Source of the DNA: Octopus bimaculoides
Lineage: Eukaryota
Direction: 5' to 3'
Assembly (NCBI RefSeq): GCF_001194135.2
Contig: NC_068982.1
Location: forward strand, 150,253,255 to 150,317,254
Length of the DNA stretch: 64,000 nt
Part shown: one piece after another, positions 50,425 through 63,483 of the stretch
How the letters are laid out: each line of letters opens with the position of its first letter
Position numbering within the stretch: the first letter of the stretch is position 1
Translations under genes and position numbers: made by a program
The notes under the pieces: generated by a model
Told to the model about the DNA's origin: nothing
Database searches by the model: none
Seen by the model: only the letters and a program-made list of their open reading frames with translations

Positions 50425-50857
50425 AACCACATATGTGGTTACGCATGTGTATGCATGTGTACAACTGAGGCAATGTCGGAATTGTTTAAGCAGGCGACTA
50501 CAATATATGCTTATTGATGTAATTTTGAGATTCATATTCACTGAATAGTCATCGGGTTATTGAGAGAGAGAGGGGCGATATTTCGTATAACAAGACATAA
50601 AATGCAAGTTGACATTTCTGCTTCATCTATGACCTTTTATCAGACAGGAATATTTATTCATAGATATGTGTACTGGAAAAATATACGGATAAGTATATAT
50701 GACAAAACTACAAGTGTCTAAGTGTATTTTACATTTCTTATATAGTATTGATAGAAATGACACAGTGATGAGCCGTTATAGAATAGGAACACCATAATAT
50801 AGATTGGCAAATAAACTGTCTAGTCACTGATTTGTGAAACATGAAAATAAAAAGTCA

Positions 50858-51270
50858 GACGCAGGCATGGCTGTGTGGTAAAAAGCTTGCTTACCAACCA
50901 CATGGTTCCGGGTTCGGTCCCACTGCGTGGCACCTTGGGTAAATGTCTTTTACAATAGCCTCGGACCGACCAAAGCCTTGTGAGTGGCTTTGGTAGATGG
51001 AAACTAAAAGAAGTCCGTTGTGTAAATATATATGTGTGTGTGTGTGTGTGTGTCTTTGTGTCTGTGTTTTTCATCCCACCACCACCATCGCTTGACAACC
51101 GATGTTGGTGTGTTTACATCACGTAACTTGGCAATTCGGCAAAAGATCCAGAATAAGTACTAAGCTTACAAAGAATAAGTCCTGGGATTGATTTCTTCGA
51201 CTAAAACCCTTGAAGGCAGTGCTCCAGCATGGCCGCAGTCAAATGATTGAAACATGTAAAAGAATAAAAA
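50858..51270 (+). mobile_element. SINE family a, full length
   Basis: From gacgcaggcatggctgtgtggt to gattgaaacatgtaaaaga. Confidence 0.93.
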
Positions 51271-51714
51271 TATATGAATATGTGTGTATGTGTGTGTGTG
51301 TGTGTGTGCATGTTTGTGTGTGTGTGCATGTGTGTGTGTGCATATGTGTGTGCATGTGTGTGTGTGTGTGTGCATATGTGTGTGTGTGTGTGTNNNNNNN
51401 NNNNNNNNNNNNNNNNNNNNNNNNNNNNNNNNNNNNNNNNNNNNNNNNNNNNNNNNNNNNNNNNNNNNNNNNNNNNNNNNNNNNNNNNNNNNNNNNNNNN
51501 NNNNNNNNNNNNNNNNNNNNNNNNNNNNNNNNNNNNNNNNNNNNNNNNNNNNNNNNNNNNNNNNNNNNNNNNNNNNNNNNNNNNNNNNNNNNNNNNNNNN
51601 NNNNNNNNNNNNNNNNNNNNNNNNNNNNNNNNNNNNNNNNNNNNNNNNNNNNNNNNNNNNNNNNNNNNNNNNNNNNNNNNNNNNNNNNNNNNNNNNNNNN
51701 NNNNNNNNNNNNNN

Positions 51715-51782
<68 letters not shown>

Positions 51783-51789
51783 GCGTGCG

Positions 51790-51990
51790 TTCGTGCGTGT
51801 GTATGTCTTTGCGTCTATGTTTATCCCCCACCAACACTTGACAACCGGTGTTGGTGTGTTTATGTCCCTGTAACTTAACGGTTCTGCAAAAGAGCCCGAT
51901 AGAATAAGTCCCAAACTTAAAAAGGAAAAGAAGTACTGGGATCGATTTATTCAGCTAAAGCCCCAGCACGTTCACAATCCAATGGGAAAA
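51790..51990 (+). mobile_element. SINE family a 3' half (head probably in the gap)
   Basis: cttgacaaccggtgttggtgtgtttatgtccctgtaactt..gatagaataagt..actgggatcgattt. Confidence 0.8.
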
Positions 51991-54719
51991 TAATAAGATA
52001 TATAATCTGGAACACCCAAATAAAATCCTACAGTCACTAAAACACATGACTCAACGTCCCTGGTGATCTTTTCTGGCGACGTCATTTGCATAGCATAAAT
52101 TCAACAGAATATCTTGCCACCACCTGAAAACCAGAAAATACTTCAACTCTGATTAGATATTAGTCTTTAACAAACCTCAAGCATGATCTAAAATGGAGTA
52201 TTATTTACACGTCTGGGAAGGTGTTTGAGTACCCGACAGACTGACGAAAATTCACTTACAAACACACAGTAACTATTGGCCTACAGATCTGCTACCATCT
52301 CTCTTTACTTGTTCTGTTTTACTTACAACGCATTCTGGTAGCTTGAAATAGCTTGTTGCATATCGCTTCTCTTCAAGTCCACCTGAGACATCCAAGTCTG
52401 CTACTCTCAGCACTACAGATATGCCTCAGCTCCACGTCCATCACTTTTTACAGTTCTTTTATCTCTCTACTTTCAATACTCATTAATTGAGAATAATGAT
52501 CGTCGAAATTTATTGTGAGGTTCCATGCTGAATTTTCTAATTTTGTAGATAAATGAATTGCTGTCAAGCAATATGTCTCTAGATAATATTTTAAATTTAA
52601 ATTTCAAATGTTCAATTATGCTAAAAAGGAAAGCAGAAATTTAAATATGAAGCTGCTAAATATATAATTGTAATGTATACACATGTATACGAGAAAAACA
52701 GGTCAATATTTTTTACACGTCATCAATCACAGAATTTTTGTGACAAACAATTAATCCACCAATTCACAATCATCGAATACAACAATCTAGTCACAGATAA
52801 TAACAATCAATCATTATGTTATAAAATAATATGATATAGAACAGGATATTTTAAGATATCTCCTTAATGCAAGTACAGAATATGGGAATTATATTCCCAT
52901 ATTCATATCCCCGCAGTTTAAATCTATGTAAGCAACGTTCTCAATTAAATGCATCATCCAGACACAGAAAATTAATTGAATGGTTATTTTTCCTGTGATT
53001 TGCATAATGCTTTCAGCATGTATAAGGGTGGGGTGTATTGTTATACTTCATACATAAGCCTTCGCATCACAAGAGCAAAATATAGTTATTAAAGTTCTCG
53101 TGAAAGAGTTATTTTGTTGTTTTTCGTTCAAGGTCTTCATTATTTCGAAATTTTCATTAGTAAATACCAATTATTCTACTTGAAAAATGTATTAAAGAGA
53201 TAGAGTCAGGGATTATACCAGGGCCCTGGAAAACAATAATGGTAGACAATGCAAGGAGCTGTTATTTTTGGCCATAAATCAAGGTTTCTAGAATTTCATA
53301 CATAAATATTTTCTTCGTTTAAGAATTTATAGAAAAGACAAGATGGCTTGATTTTTTATATCTTATTTGCTGTAAAATCAAATTTATCCCTGTACAATTT
53401 GAATCGTGTTCTGCAATTACTTTTTGGCTTTCATAATTATGGAAGCCTACAATTACGCTAAAGAAAGAGAAGCCCTTTAGATTTAACATGGGAATAGATT
53501 ATATAAAACTTATTCACTTTTTATCAGTAACTCACTAAAATTATTTGTGATTCATTTATAAGATACTAATGGACCTCGGGTAGCTTCTATGTGATCGCTC
53601 AACCTGCTAGAAATAGCAGCCAAATCTTCCTCAAATCACACCTTGCCATCTTCAAAAATTGACACACTAGATGTTGTAATTCAAGATACACAATTCTTAA
53701 AGAATTACGGAATGATGAAGACTGAAATCTCTTTGATCATAAAGAGTTGAATCAGGAATGCAACGAATGTACTGCAATGTAGATGGAATCTTTTTGCTAA
53801 GATAGCCAAATAATAACGACCAAACACTGTTCAATTAGGGTAAAGAAAACATGAACAGATAATGTATATCCGGTGTCAGTTGCCAGTTAATATCTAACTT
53901 ATGTCAAAAGGAAATTAATAAAATACCGTTAGGATCAACTTCTGAAAAAAATTCAACCGTTGTAATGTTTAATTATCAGTTTTTATTTGAACCCATAATC
54001 AATGCTCACAAAATATTTCCACTGAGAGTTTCGGAAGCAGAAAACAGCCAATACAAATTACCTAAACCCGAGCTAAGACTGAAACGGTGATAATGCATAA
54101 ATCGAACCTAAAGATCATTTTTTATCTCGGAAATTATCAGCGAAATTATCTTGCCAAACTTTATTAAACAGAAAGATACATACAGTCACACATGCACATG
54201 CATATGTATANNNNNNNNNNNNNNNNNNNNNNNNNNNNNNNNNNNNNNNNNNNNNNNNNNNNNNNNNNNNNNNNNNNNNNNNNNNNNNNNNNNNNNNNNN
54301 NNNNNNNNNNNNNNNNNNNNNNNNNNNNNNNNNNNNNNNNNNNNNNNNNNNNNNNNNNNNNNNNNNNNNNNNNNNNNNNNNNNNNNNNNNNNNNNNNNNN
54401 NNNNNNNNNNNNNNNNNNNNNNNNNNNNNNNNNNNNNNNNNNNNNNNNNNNNNNNNNNNNNNNNNNNNNNNNNNNNNNNNNNNNNNNNNNNNNNNNNNNN
54501 NNNNNNNNNNNNNNNNNNNNNNNNNNNNNNNNNNNNNNNNNNNNNNNNNNNNNNNNNNNNNNNNNNNNNNNNNNNNNNNNNNNNNNNNNNNNNNNNNTAT
54601 ATATATATATATATATATATGCGAGTATGTTTCTCTAAATCTAATTTCCTCAAATAAGAGTTTGCACACATATTACTTGAACATAGACATGTAATCCTTG
54701 AATTGTCCTGGAGTTTGAC

Positions 54720-55560
54720 CATTTTCCACTTCTGTTCGTCTGACTTCGACTCGGCATTGAAGGGCTTTCAATACTCTGGGTTATAGTTCCTTAAACGTTT
54801 GCTTGTGTAGTCATTATCGAAAGTGGAGCCTAGCTCCCTCAACTCGGCCTCTAATAGATATTAGTTGATTTGTTTGTTTTTGTATTTGCATTTGTTTTGT
54901 TTTGATCCTGTTTTGTTTCGGTTTTAACATTAAACCGAGCAGATCAGTTTTCCTTTTTTGGACCTCTGCAAAGTTGAAGCACTCTGCGTTTTCTTCTTCG
55001 TATGTTTTACTTGTCTTCGGTCTGGACTCGTTCTTTCTTCTTTGTGCCTTTTTATTATTTTTGTCCTCAACAATTTACTATACCTCGACAGTTTTCATTT
55101 CCTAAGATGATGTGGTGGCATTGTTGATCACAGCAGCTAACCAACTCTTGGTACTTTGTGTCTTTGGCTGTCTCTGTTTCCCGTGGCTCAGTGAACTAGA
55201 CGACTTCTTCCACTGTTTATCCTCGGGTTCGATTAGTGTGGCAGTGGCATCCATGATTTTTGTACCCAAAACTTACAGTTGTTATTGTCACCTTTGCTAT
55301 TATCCGCTGTCCCTTTTTCTAATCTACTCCTCCTTTTCCTCTGGGGAAAAAATCCTTCATGTGACTTTTATTCCCGCACGTTTAACAACCGAGGCTTCGG
55401 CCTTGAACTATCAGTCTGAATGCCGTCGTCTCTGCTCCCACAATGGTATAAGAGTCTAGGATATTTTTGTAGTCTTCTGGAGTCATCAAGAAGTGCATGA
55501 TACTGAAGACCCCACATGTTTCTTGGGCTCCCTTTGGACTAGGGGGATGATGGCATCGAC
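54720..55560 (-). mobile_element. Possible ORF1 (gag-like) remnant of an L1/Tx1-like LINE
   Basis: The minus strand reads FRLIVQGRSLGC*TCGNKSHMKDFFP (55343-55420), a decayed CX2CX4HX4C-like knuckle preceded by the V.GR motif, then an A-rich K/E-rich frame. Confidence 0.35.
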
Positions 55561-55799
55561 TTACCTCCTCATCACAAAATTGCTGACCTTGTACATAATC
55601 AGAAAACGTTGTTGTTTGCGATGAACGGACGTCTTTAACAGAGCCTAAGAAAATAGATTTTATCACACCCACTCTTAAAATGGTTTTTATTTGGTTTATT
55701 TTACTAAGACATTTAATCATCCACCCTTTACTCTACCGCTGAGCAATAAGTTCGTTTTAGATAACTTTACATTATTCTATTTTCATATTTTTGCATTAT

Positions 55800-56176
55800 T
55801 TTTTTATATTTGTTTCATTCATTTAACTGCAGCCATGCTGGAGCACCGCCTTTAGTCGAACAAATCGACCCGAGGACTTATTCTTTGCAAGCCTAGTACT
55901 TATTCTAGTCTCTTTTGCCGAACCGCTAGTTTACGGGGACATAAACACACCAACATCAGTTGTCAAGCGATGGTGGGGGAACAAACACAGACACAGAAGC
56001 ACACACACACACAGACATGTATATATACGACGGGCTTCTTTCAGTTTCCGGCTACCAAATCCACTTTGGTCGGCCCGAGGCTATAGTAGAAGGCACTTGC
56101 CCAAGATGCCACGCTGTGGGACTGAACCCGGAACCATGTGGTTGATAAGCAAACTACTTACCACACAGCCACTCCT
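55800..56176 (-). mobile_element. SINE family a, full length
   Basis: Collinear with the other family a copies. Confidence 0.92.
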
Positions 56177-56459
56177 ATATTTTTACAAAACATAGTTTGA
56201 AGATGGTCCACTCTGAGGGAGCGGAAAGTGGTGTTAACCACAAACGCGTTAGCAACGAATACGTCAAATTTTACTGATTTAAAAAAAATGATAATAATTT
56301 TCTATACAAATTATCTTGTTTGTGTTGTTTTTGTTTTGTTTTGTTTTGTTTTTTTCATACATTAATATAAATTTTACCAACATATTTCAGAGAATAATAT
56401 TTAATGAAACGGTGTGAAAGTCTCTTCCTAAATCATCATATCTTTCCTCTTCCTCACAG

Positions 56460-56626
56460 CTGAGAAATATCTAAAACCCATTGTCTTGGCAGACAAAATG
56501 AAAAAAACGTTGTCCCGGAGAATGGCGAGAGAGATGCGTTGGAACAACCACTCCGACTCTCAGAGTTCGAAGTTATCGATAGCCATCTCCGCCCCCATGA
56601 CTATGAGCAAGGATATTGATAACTAA
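56460..56626 (+). CDS. Candidate terminal coding exon of an unidentified host gene (xEKYLKPIVLADKMKKTLSRRMAREMRWNNHSDSQSSKLSIAISAPMTMSKDIDN*)
   Basis: Strong acceptor tctttcctcttcctcacag; only one frame is open (54 codons to TAA); GC is visibly higher than the flanks; followed by an AT-rich UTR-like stretch with AATAAA. Confidence 0.55.
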
Positions 56627-57019
56627 ATTTGAGTGGGCAGATACAGTTGTAAATGCAAGCACTTAAATTTTGGCAAACACAATTGAGATAAAGTAAAATA
56701 AATACAAATGAAAGAGAAAATGTTAACAAGAGTGGACCGCCTAAAATCACCCATAAACAATGTTTTGTAAAAATATAGACATGAAGAAACATGGGAATAC
56801 AAAAATGTAAAAGCAAGATAACGGGCTAATTGTCTTAAAGTTATATATTAGTAAAATAAACCAAACAGGCCATGTTTTGAGTAGGTGTGGTAAAATTTAT
56901 TTTCCAGGGCTCTATTAAAGGCGTCCTTTCATTGCAAATAACAAGTTTTTTTCTGATTATGTACAAGGTTGGAAATTTTGAGAACAAAAAGGCCATCGAC
57001 CTTAGTAATTGAGTGTTGT

Positions 57020-57554
57020 TTCTTTGTTATTTTTTTCATCAACCTTGAAAGGATGAAAACCAAAGTTGACTCAGGCACGATTTGAACTCAAGAAGCTTGC
57101 TTCCCAGCCACATGGTTCCGGATTCAGTGCCTTGGGCAAGTGTCTACTATAGCCTCGGGCCGACCAAAGCCTTGTGAGTGAATTTGGTAAGCGGAAACTG
57201 AAAGAAGCCCCATGATAGATCACTAACCACTACACACATTTTTTTTTCTCTCCTTGTTTCTTTCTGTGTTCCTTTCTGTGGAAGAGCGTAGGCTCGAACC
57301 GTTAAAGACTTTTTCAATTNNNNNNNNNNNNNNNNNNNNNNNNNNNNNNNNNNNNNNNNNNNNNNNNNNNNNNNNNNNNNNNNNNNNNNNNNNNNNNNNN
57401 NNNNNNNNNNNNNNNNNNNNNNNNNNNNNNNNNNNNNNNNNNNNNNNNNNNNNNNNNNNNNNNNNNNNNNNNNNNNNNNNNNNNNNNNNNNNNNNNNNNN
57501 NNNNNNNNNNNNNNNNNNNNNNNNNNNNNNNNNNNNNNNNNNNNNNNNNNNNNN

Positions 57555-57595
<41 letters not shown>

Positions 57596-57830
57596 GTATC
57601 TACGCATGTGTATTTGTGTTTGTATGTTTGCCCTCACCACCGCTTGATAACTGCTGTTGGTGTAATTTTGCCGAATTACTTAGCAATTCGGCAAAAGACA
57701 CTAATATAATAAGTACCAGGCTTAACAGAAATAAGTATTGGAGTCGATTAATTTGACTAATAATTCTTCAAGGCGGTGCTGCAGCATGGATAATGACTGA
57801 AAGATGTAAAAGATAAACGATAAAAGTCGG
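57020..57830. mobile_element. Nested cluster: SINE b fragment (-), SINE a 5' half (+, ~57090-57210), Penelope-like terminal fragment (57212-57319), gap/(TA)n, SINE a 3' half (~57600-57830)
   Basis: The SINE segments match the other copies. The intervening piece ends ctgtggaagagcgtaggctcgaaccgttaaagac, resembling the GAAGA-hairpin-CGAAAC ends of Penelope elements (recall). Confidence 0.6.
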
Positions 57831-59269
57831 ATGAAATACCACACCAGCATTTTTTTCCGACGACTGAATGATACTTTCAGCTCGCTATTTTCTAGCATGG
57901 GCACAAAGTCTTAAATTTGGGTGAGTGGTAAGGTCGATTATATTGATCACAGTGCTTTATTGGTACTTTATTATATCGACCTCCGGAAAGATGAAAGGCA
58001 GGGAAAACAATATTACTAAGATCATAGTTAACAGTTTTCAATCACGTAACTTGAGTCACATCAAACATGCAAAAATACAACTAAAACATTGACATCAAGA
58101 GTGATATTAACACTTGCAACTACCACGTGAGTTTTACTAACCTCATCACCATTTTATCCTCACCACTACCACTGCATCCAATAACACCAGTCTCCTTTAC
58201 CTTCCATACCGCTTCCTCCTTCATCATCACCATCATCGCGCATAACAACCACTACTAATCTCCTCATCAGCTGCTATTAACTTCTCCGCCTCTCAATCAT
58301 CCTTACCATCATCACCATCATCATTATCGTTTTCATCACTCCCACCACTACAACCAATACTGCCAATCTCCTCATCCACCCCCTTCTTTTCCTCCTCCTC
58401 AACCACCTTACCATCATTATTTTCATCACTAAGTTACGACATTACCAGTAAGAAGATGAAAGGGAGCCTATGTTAAACAAATTAGAATCAATTAAATATG
58501 TTAATTTCTCCGTGAAATATTGAACAAGTATTTGCAAGTATTTTAACCCAATAACGATCTATATTCTTATCGATATGTCCTTCTTTTAGTGCCTTTTCTT
58601 TACTTCCGTTCTTCATTCCGTCTTTCTATCCTGCTGCCCCTGTCTCTATCCTTCATCTTGATGTCTTCCTTTTAAAGTCTTATTTCCTCTTTCATCCTTT
58701 CATTATTGGCTTCCACATTGATTCTCTCTTATTCACTCCACCCAGCCATTCTCCCACCTTCCAATCCATTCTTCCTTTATTCCACTTTGCCTTCCTTCAG
58801 TTTCATTTCATTTCTCTCCTCTTCAATCTCTCATTTACAATGTCCTTCTAATCTTCTATTCTTCACTACTACACCCCTTTCCTTGTATTTTGCTCTTTAT
58901 TTACCACAATTCTTCACATCTATTCCTTCATTTTGGCTCTCCCTTCCGTCGACCACATTTTCATTATATTTCCCATCTCCCTTCTTTCCCTCCTCTTTGC
59001 CTTCCCTCTCCTCTTTTTCTCTGTTACGAGTCTTGGTTCTAATCTATCTTTCCCTCTGATATCTTATTCAATCGTTATTTTCACACATGTTGTCAATCCA
59101 GTCAATTTGAATTCAAATAACAGCTAATCCTCATCTTCGTTAATCCAATACATTGTTTCACAAACTCTAAGAGACATCTTCTTAATGATATAAGGATATA
59201 ACTGTGAAATATCACACGAACCATGTTAGCGACTTGCATGTACGTTACTTCCTTCTATCAAAACAATTT

Positions 59270-59442
59270 CCAAAATATTATTTTCTACTCTAGGCACAAG
59301 GCCCGAAATTTTGGGGGAGGGGGCCAGTCGATTAAATCGACCCCAGTACGCAACTGGTGCTTAATTTATCGACCCCGAAAGGATGAAATGCAAAGTCGAC
59401 ATCGGCGAAATTTAAACTCAGAACATAAAGACAGACGAAATA
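59270..59442 (-). mobile_element. SINE family b, 5'-truncated
   Basis: ttttctactctaggcacaaggcccgaaatttt...gaaaggatgaaatgcaaagtcgac. Confidence 0.9.
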
Positions 59443-60469
59443 AATTCCAAGATATTGAAAAGAGTTAATGTGTGTGTGTGTGTNNNNNNNNNNNNNNNNN
59501 NNNNNNNNNNNNNNNNNNNNNNNNNNNNNNNNNNNNNNNNNNNNNNNNNNNNNNNNNNNNNNNNNNNNNNNNNNNNNNNNNNNNNNNNNNNNNNNNNNNN
59601 NNNNNNNNNNNNNNNNNNNNNNNNNNNNNNNNNNNNNNNNNNNNNNNNNNNNNNNNNNNNNNNNNNNNNNNNNNNNNNNNNNNNNNNNNNNNNNNNNNNN
59701 NNNNNNNNNNNNNNNNNNNNNNNNNNNNNNNNNNNNNNNNAATCTCAATACGTGAAATTTTGGCCAAGTGCCTTTTACCATAGTCTTGAGTTGTCACAAG
59801 CTTTAGGTGTGAAACTGGACAGAAGAAAACTGTAGAAACCCTTCAGAAATTTTGCCACAGATTCTGTCACGTTGTTTCTAGAAGAACGGAATGGTAGACG
59901 CTCCGAACTGACAAGTGAGAGAGGTCTTTCTGATATTCCCGTTACCGGAAATATAATAAGAAAGACCTGTCAAGCATATTTGAACTGGTAACAAGTTTGT
60001 ATTAACAAAATTATTATATTAATAAATGGATTATTTATATAACTCTTGTACATATGTTTCCATAATAGAAAATTGAAAAATATTTTTTTAATAAATGCAT
60101 AAAAATAAGCGGCTATTATGAAAACGTATGTACAAGGGTTATATAAATAAATCCTTTTATTAATATAATATATTTCTCGATATAAACTTACTAATTTGTA
60201 AGTGAAATAGTTTTTTTCGTAATTCATATCGTTTTTATATTGAGTTTCTAAGTTACGGTTAATTGTTTGTTTCTTTAAACCTTTTGATACATATTCCATT
60301 AAAAAATTAGCACGCGCACACACACACATACCCACACACATATTGTGTATGCACGTAACGATGGTCAAATCTGTTTTCACTTCTCAATGGAACAGTTTCA
60401 AATACGTTCGGTCTTGATTTATTTAGAGTTGTCATCAAATATTCACTTTTGTATATTGAAGCAATCCCA

Positions 60470-60610
60470 CTGAGATCTCAACTTTACCTTTCATCCTTTT
60501 TGGAGTCGATAAAATAAAGTACCAGTGAAGTACTGGCGTTGCTGGTATCCACTGATCGTAACTCTCCCTCAAAATTGCTGTCCTTGTCCTGAATTAGAAA
60601 CTATATTATT
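60470..60610 (+). mobile_element. Degenerate SINE family b
   Basis: cctttcatcctttttggagtcgataaaataaagtaccagtgaagtactgg. Confidence 0.75.
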
Positions 60611-61184
60611 GTATATTGAAAGGTCAAAATTTATTCAACTTTTATAGTGGTGCTTGTGCATACATCGAAGCAGTTGAGTCTCTGAACGGCATTCAACATT
60701 GGTTTCATTGTATTTCTATAGTTTAGACACAAGTCGGTTCTGATCGGACATAACTAGGATTAATGAAATTTTAGCCATGACCACATTAATCAATGTGTCC
60801 TTTTAAAAAAAGCAGCTTATAATTTGGTTGCTATTTCTATCAGATTAAGTGTAATCACTTCACCTGATAAGAAAAAGATTGTTTAGCTCAAAGTCATCCC
60901 CAATTCACCGGGCTTATCCTTAAAGTAGCCCAGCCATGGCCAACCCATCTTTTATTAAGGCGTTTTGTACCCCAGAGTACATTATCAAATGTGTCCTTTT
61001 TAAAACAGTAAGGCGTAATTTGAGGGCAATTTAATTGCTATTTCTAGCCGGCCGACCTGCCATGCACAGGATTTCAAGCTCTTTCTCCATGAATCTCTGT
61101 TTTACTGATATCAATAGAATTATTATTATAAGCACCAGTCAGAACAAGTAGCAATTTTTCAAAAAACTCAATAGTAGTTCAGAT

Positions 61185-61458
61185 CAGTGGTGGTCCGCGG
61201 ACAGGTGCCGGTCCACGAGACATCAGCTGCCGGTACACGGCGAGTTTCCAGAAAAGAAAGAAACATTATAAAATGCTTATGTAATATTGTATTATTTGTT
61301 TACAAAATAATATAAGATTAAAAAAATGTCAACTTTTATTATATTCATTATATATATTGTTTCAGGTATAAATTAATATTACTAAGAAATATTACCGGTC
61401 CCTGGCACATGGGGAAAAAACTGCCGGTACGCCACATCAGATAGTTTGAGAAGCACTG
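61185..61458. mobile_element. hAT (Charlie-like) MITE with an 8-bp TSD
   Basis: Ends cagtgg.. (left, partly deleted) and tttgagaagcactg (rc cagtgcttctcaaa). Flanks gttcagat (61177-61184) and gtttagat (61459-61466). Confidence 0.72.
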
Positions 61459-62124
61459 GTTTAGATGATACAGTAATTTATCATTTCAGTCTCTGGATTT
61501 CTTACACATGATGACTACAATTCATCATGATTGTCCAGGGTGACATGCGATCAGATACTGGTTGCCAAATCCTTTTTTCAGAAAAAGCTGTTGAAATAAC
61601 TTCTAACAGTAAAACTGACACTCTGATAGTTAACATTTGAATATTCTCTTCTTCCAATATTCCATATCTCCCATCTTAGTCATTTCTAATTTTCTACTCT
61701 TGATACAACAGTCACTGATTAATTCAAATTAATTTCATTAAAAGATGTTGGTAAAGATTCCACGGCATTTAATCAAACTTCAAATGGGATGCTCGATTTT
61801 AAATATGACAACTTTTGATTCAATATCACTAAGATGACGCATTACAAACATTTGAATATCCAAAATTGATCATTTCGGCTAGCTTTGTCAAGAAATCTAA
61901 AATGATAATTTATTTAATTAAATATTAGGAATTTATTAAAGGAAGGTAATTAAATTCTTGGTTTATAATTTTCAGCGAAAGTGTATTATATCCATATATT
62001 CTTTTACATCTATATCCTTCTATACAACATCCACAAGAAGAAAACTACCTGCAAACTTCTTTGTAGTAAAATTGGAAGCAATTTAGATTGGCATGTATCA
62101 TCCGTTATGTACAAAAACAACAAC

Positions 62125-62330
62125 AATAATAATGGTTTCAAATTTTGGCACAAGGCCAGCAATTTCGGGGGAAGGGACTAAGTCGATTAAATCAACTCCA
62201 GTGATCAACTAATACTTATTTTATCGACCCTGAACGATGAACAGCAAAGTTGACCCCGACGGAATTGGAACTCAGAGCATAAGAACGGACGAAATGCCGC
62301 AAAGCATTTTCTCAGCTCGCCACCTTTTCA
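62125..62330 (-). mobile_element. SINE family b, diverged
   Basis: Tail aataataatggtttcaaattttggcacaagg through to head remnant cagctcgccacc. Confidence 0.85.
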
Positions 62331-62344
62331 ATAATATTAATAAT

Positions 62345-62805
62345 AATAAATTCTTTTCTACTCTAAGCACAAGGCCCNNNNNNNNNNNNNNNNNNNNNNN
62401 NNNNNNNNNNNNNNNNNNNNNNNNNNNNNNNNNNNNNNNNNNNNNNNNNNNNNNNNNNNNNNNNNNNNNNNNNNNNNNNNNNNNNNNNNNNNNNNNNNNN
62501 NNNNNNNNNNNNNNNNNNNNNNNNNNNNNNNNNNNNNNNNNNNNNNNNNNNNNNNNNNNNNNNNNNNNNNNNNNNNNNNNNNNNNNNNNNNNNNNNNNNN
62601 NNNNNNNNNNNNNNNNNNNNNNNNNNNNNNNNNNNNNNNNNNNNNNTACATCGACCCCAGTGCGTAACTCGTACTTAATTTATCGACCCGGAAAGGATGA
62701 AAGGCAAAGTCGACCTCGACGGAATTTGAACTCAGAACGTAGCGGCAGACGAAATACCGCTAAGCATTTCGCCCGGCGTGCTAACGTTTCTGCCAGCTCG
62801 CCGCC
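62345..62805 (-). mobile_element. SINE family b, young, spanning an over-sized N gap
   Basis: Tail at 62345-62377; body and head at 62647-62805 with intact ggcggcgagctggcagaaacgttagcacgccgggcg. Confidence 0.9.
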
Positions 62806-62844
62806 TTACAACAACAACAACAACAACAACAATAATAATAATAA

Positions 62845-63121
62845 ATTGAGAAATATCAGGATCTAGCCAGAGAGCTGAGGAGACTGTGGAAAAACCAAGA
62901 CACAATTGTTCCTTTAGTAATAAGTGCACTTGCCACAACATCTAAAATGCGAACTAAAAGACTGAAAGAAATTGGAACTGAAACTCGCATTGTCGACTAG
63001 CAATAAGTACCATTCTATATTCTGCAAGAGTCCTAAGAAAGATTCTTGAGATTTCAAGAGACTTGTCATCACCAAACCTCAAGATGAAATACCTGCTAAC
63101 TAAATTAGCATACACTAGTGT
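62845..63121 (+). mobile_element. Short Dong-like 3' fragment (lineage G) between TAA-type repeats
   Basis: Reads IEKYQDLARELRRLW..VPLVISALA..RLKEIG..ILYSARVLRKILEI; its 3' UTR differs from lineages A, E and F. Confidence 0.85.
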
Positions 63122-63131
63122 GATGATGATG

Positions 63132-63197
<66 letters not shown>

Positions 63198-63480
63198 GAG
63201 GTAACTCGAATGTGGAATCTAAAAACAGAAACAATTCCTATTATAGTAGGTGCCTTCGGTATAATAAAAAAATATTCAGACAAATACATAACAAAAACAC
63301 CAGGACTTACAAATATATATAACATACAGAAAATTGCACTACTGGGCACAGCACACATCCTACGCAAAACGCTTTCAATACAGTAACCATAAGAGCACCA
63401 CAGCAAACCACAGCACATACCCAAGGCGCACAGAGCTGCGCTCGGTAGTGAAGTGAAAGCACGTTATAAAAATAAAACTA

Positions 63481-63483
<3 letters not shown>
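63198..63483 (+). mobile_element. Short Dong-like 3' fragment (lineage F), flanked by (TAA)n on both sides
   Basis: Reads EVTRMWNLKTETIPIIVGAFGIIKK..IQKIALLGTAHILRKTLSIQ*; TAA arrays at ~63133-63197 and 63484-63560. Confidence 0.92.
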
